From contig JACRFK010000003.1 of NCBI GenBank assembly GCA_016217925.1, positions 143,656-207,655 of the forward strand: DNA of 64,000 nucleotides. The letters run 5' to 3'. The stretch comes from Candidatus Kaiserbacteria bacterium (GTDB lineage Bacteria; Patescibacteriota; Minisyncoccia; Phycocordibacterales; UBA2100). The position numbers and the translations under genes are program-made. Below the pieces are notes generated by a model. The model saw nothing but the letters and a program-made list of their open reading frames with translations. It searched no databases and was not told where the DNA came from. Numbering within the stretch: the stretch's first letter is position 1; each line of letters starts with the position of its first letter. Below, in pieces: positions 60,810-64,000 of this stretch.

Positions 60810-61955
60810 TCAACGCCACTCCTTTGCCATGTCCCACTTTATCTTCATCATCGAACCGACTGCGAGAAGGATGAGTACGAATTTTGCGATACCACCAACG
60901 AGGGGGATGAATCCGAGGACGGTGTAGATGGCGACGCCGAGTAGTATCGTCTGCCATGCGACTTGGTATTCGGCAGGCTTGAAGATCCATTTGTGGACCA
61001 CGCTTCCCACGATGACGGCGGCGAGCGGTGACGCCACGAGCAGAAGTATCCCGAATGCGAGGAAACCGAGTATGCCGAGCGGAACGCCGATGAGGGTCAC
61101 GAGCAACATTACCGATACGACAGGTAGGACGATAAGCACGATAAGCCCGCGGCCCGTTTCGAGAAGCGGCTGCGTGATGGCGTTACTGACGAGCGCTTCC
61201 GCATAGCGACGGAAGAAAAGTCCGAGCGCGAGCGCGAAGACGAGCAACGCGAGGAACTTGCCGAGGAAGAGGAGCGACAGGAGCGCGATGATGCCTTTGC
61301 CGGAGATTGCCGGCGTCGCAGTTTTTTGCTGTTCGTAGGTCGTCTTCCCTTTGACGACCGCACCCGCTTCTATCGTTGCCTCCTTTTGCGCCGAGTAATC
61401 GAGATTGCCGTCAATGACTGCATCTTTACCGAGCGTGAGTTTCTGACCTTTGAACGAAACGTTGCCGTGTACCGGCGCGTTGATAACGACCTCGCCGCCG
61501 GCAAGTTGCATGTCGCCGCCGACGGGAGCGTCCACACGAAGCATACCGCCGCCCCACAGCACGTCGCCACCGATTCCGGCGCCGGCAATGGTCGTTTGCC
61601 CGCCTCCCACTACCACATCATTTCCGACTCTGCCGTTCAAGAAAATATTGCCGCCGCCGACGCGCACGTCGTCGCCGATCTCCGCGGTAACGGTGATAGA
61701 GCCGCCTCCTATCGCAAGGTCCTGCGACACCGGACCACTCACGATAATGGTGCCGCCGGCGATGCCGAGGTCGCCGTTCACCTTTCCGGAACTCGAAACA
61801 TTTCCGCCTGCCAAATACAGGTCGTTCTTTACTGTCTCCGATGAGGAGAATGAGGGTGATTCGCCTACACGAACCTCGGCCGCGAGAACCACTGCGGGGA
61901 TAATAAGCGCACTTATTAGTAAACTTGCTCCCGAGACCGCGAGAGATTTATTCAT
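60810..61955 (-). CDS. Bactofilin-like beta-helix membrane protein
   Basis: Signal peptide, GD...GG repeats, C-terminal transmembrane bundle. Confidence 0.8.
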   Translation of the reverse strand: MNKSLAVSGASLLISALIIPAVVLAAEVRVGESPSFSSSETVKNDLYLAGGNVSSSGKVNGDLGIAGGTIIVSGPVSQDLAIGGGSITVTAEIGDDVRVGGGNIFLNGRVGNDVVVGGGQTTIAGAGIGGDVLWGGGMLRVDAPVGGDMQLAGGEVVINAPVHGNVSFKGQKLTLGKDAVIDGNLDYSAQKEATIEAGAVVKGKTTYEQQKTATPAISGKGIIALLSLLFLGKFLALLVFALALGLFFRRYAEALVSNAITQPLLETGRGLIVLIVLPVVSVMLLVTLIGVPLGILGFLAFGILLLVASPLAAVIVGSVVHKWIFKPAEYQVAWQTILLGVAIYTVLGFIPLVGGIAKFVLILLAVGSMMKIKWDMAKEWR

Positions 61956-62012
61956 ATGCCCCAACTATACACCCCGCCTTTTGCCGCGCCAGTCAGGGTG
62001 GCCGCCATACGT

Positions 62013-62310
62013 TTAGAGCTCAAGAGAAAAAACAATGCCGACCGGCGGGAATGCGGCGACGATCTGTAGGGCCGAAACGAAGAGCGCCTCCTTTGGCGCC
62101 TTCGGCAGCCATTTGATTGCAAAAAAAAGGAATCATCAGCGCTTCCAGGACCAACCAGAGCTGGAAGAGATGCGCGGGCGTGCCCTCGTCCGCGTTCGGG
62201 TCGGGAGCGGCGACGCCGAACATCGCAACGTACGTAAGAATAAATGCCAACATGCCGAGCGAAAGCGCTATCGGTATCCACGCCCCCGGCTTTTTTAATG
62301 TCGAAATCAT
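62013..62310 (-). pseudogene. Membrane protein frameshifted at a T8 run
   Basis: Removing one base at 62121-62128 gives ...IPFFAIKWLPKAPKEALFVSALQIVAAF...EL stop. Confidence 0.65.
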
Positions 62311-62315
62311 ACACC

Positions 62316-62789
62316 TTATGAGCCTTTTTTGGATTTTATATCCACGGCATTTTGCAAAATCCGTTCAAACATCGCAGATGCAATGGCGACTACACCAAAG
62401 ACAACGATCATAAGAAGACCCATAAAAACACCGCCCGCAATGTCATCGCCGGGCCGAACTATAAATAGGTAGGCTTCTGCCGCCACAACAAAACTAACAA
62501 GGGTTGTCGCGCAGTATGTTATGGTCCGCAAAGTTTTCACGGCGGGTTGTGAGAATACATTATTCTGTCCGATGTAGGTCAATAGCTTGAATGCCTGATA
62601 GAGCGCCACGAAAAACGCGATGGACGCCGTATACGCCCACGCCAAAAAAGGATCTTTGAAATAAATCTCAAAGAGCGTGGCGTGCACATTCCTGCCCTCA
62701 ATCTGAGGTTCCCAAAGCAAAAATGCAAGAGCGCCGATGCCTACGAGCACAATGACTATTTGAAGAATTATTGTTGAGCTATTTTTCAT
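62316..62789 (-). CDS. DUF2975 membrane protein
   Basis: ALYQAFKLL..I..N..FS...V..LR.I; LQNAVDIKS. Confidence 0.85.
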   Translation of the reverse strand: MKNSSTIILQIVIVLVGIGALAFLLWEPQIEGRNVHATLFEIYFKDPFLAWAYTASIAFFVALYQAFKLLTYIGQNNVFSQPAVKTLRTITYCATTLVSFVVAAEAYLFIVRPGDDIAGGVFMGLLMIVVFGVVAIASAMFERILQNAVDIKSKKGS

Positions 62790-62935
62790 GTGATTTAGCG
62801 AAATCATGTCGGCGCAACGTCCATTGAGCGCCGACTCTTACACATCTATATATTACATCCGAAGTCAGTGATTATCGTTTATGGGGCTGCGTTGAAATTT
62901 ACTAATTTCGACGTGATTTTTACGCTTAAAAATCA

Positions 62936-63190
62936 TCAACGGTGAGTACAGCCGGCCCAGCAGCAGGGGCGGCGCATTCCACCTTTTAGTTTCGAGATTC
63001 CCTTCTTGATGCGGATATCCCTCGTTTCCGCCTTTTTGCCCGAAGTGACCCAGCAAATCCACTCATTGCGCGCGAGCGGCGTGATGTCTTCCCACACCGC
63101 CCGCGCCTTCGGCGCAGAAATAATGGCCTTCCGAAAATCCTCCGGCATTGTATGTACGGTGCCATCGGCGAGTCCCTTTTCTTTTCCCAT
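62936..63190 (-). CDS. YdeI/OmpD-associated family protein
   Basis: P.D...W..ITPLARNEWICWV.S.KK.ETR..RI. Confidence 0.85.
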   Translation of the reverse strand: MGKEKGLADGTVHTMPEDFRKAIISAPKARAVWEDITPLARNEWICWVTSGKKAETRDIRIKKGISKLKGGMRRPCCWAGCTHR

Positions 63191-63203
63191 ACCGACAATC
63201 CGT

Positions 63204-63695
63204 CTAACGCACCCCCGTGGCTGGCGGAACGCATGTCCACTTTCCACTGCGACATTCGGGAATTGTTGGTGATTCACAAGCAAGCCCCGGTTCACCGCAC
63301 GCACCCTCGCGCAACTGCGCATCCGTCGGGAAATTCAAGGTATTTGTTTCTAGAAAGACGCGAGCGTCCGCATCGCGGCAATACCACGCTCCTCTGCGGC
63401 ATACGACGCTTCCACCATCCGGGCATGCAGGCCGTTCACTCGGACACTCCTCTCGAAGCACACCGCCCGCGCCACATGCGCGAATGCAGGCGTCGAACCC
63501 GGCGGACCCGCTCCCGCCATATTGATTGCGGCACCCGGCCTCACAAGCCGCGCGTGTTGAAACCGCAGCATCCTGCGCTTCGCGCGCATTTTGAGATTTT
63601 GGTTCGGTTGTGGTTTTGTCCGGCATGTACGCGAAATAATAACCAATGCCCGCGACTCCGATGACAAGAACGGCAATAGCAATGTATGCCTTCAT
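63204..63695 (-). CDS. Membrane-anchored Cys-rich protein
   Basis: N-terminal transmembrane segment, 12 Cys, two C...C..G.W.C modules. Confidence 0.7.
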   Translation of the reverse strand: MKAYIAIAVLVIGVAGIGYYFAYMPDKTTTEPKSQNAREAQDAAVSTRAACEAGCRNQYGGSGSAGFDACIRACGAGGVLREECPSERPACPDGGSVVCRRGAWYCRDADARVFLETNTLNFPTDAQLREGACGEPGLACESPTIPECRSGKWTCVPPATGVR

Positions 63696-63868
63696 GCACA
63701 TACTCTATACCAGCATGTGATGAGCGCAAGCAGCCGACTCTCGCCTGCGTAGAGGCTTACACTCAGGAGCAATCATCAGGCGCACTAGCCTGAGATTCCC
63801 ATCGGATGTAAGAAAGTCGGGAGTCCGCGGTTCGATTCCCGCGCCCGCTAGTTCTCACTCCGTTCAAA

Positions 63869-63939
63869 CTGGGGGACTTGGAATCGAACCAAGATAAACG
63901 CCTCCAAAGGGCGCTGTCCTACCGTTAGACGATCCCCCA
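63869..63939 (-). tRNA. tRNA-Gln(TTG)
   Basis: Cloverleaf TGGGGGA...TCCCCCA-G, anticodon loop CTTTGGA, GGTTCGATTCC; no encoded CCA. Confidence 0.95.
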
Positions 63940-64000
63940 AACTACCGAACACCGCTAAAGATAACAGGATATCGGTCTGTTATAAAGGGGCTACTGCTTC

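Overview
Chromosomal window from a small-genome bacterium using genetic code 11. Gene content and style point to Patescibacteria (CPR), Parcubacteria/Kaiserbacteria-like; this is an inference. Most genes lie on the minus strand. They include uvrC, uvrA, uvrB, murB, tyrS, lysS, carAB, pyrB, purF, an OTCase, hisG with a YerC/HisR-type regulator, ilvD, hom, tkt, gpmA, eno, a minimal pyk, a glycerate kinase, an RND pump, obgE, tgt and tRNA-Gln. Solitary accessory genes with their own promoter, SD and terminator are interspersed. No CRISPR array, rRNA, integrase or transposase was seen. The most notable signal is non-coding. First, a family of 58-97 bp MITE-like elements (ends TCCCG...CGGGA, exact 4-bp target duplication) sits at the start codons of lysS, eno and a phosphatase gene and regenerates the ATG. 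Second, core genes look leaderless (TANNNT about 6 nt before ATG), and four genes with an extra 5' segment (carA, uvrB, lysS, eno) have it as a uORF whose TGA overlaps the main ATG. Third, several palindrome families are inserted in-frame in conserved proteins. Fourth, the ends of uvrA (3') and uvrB (5') are duplicated.
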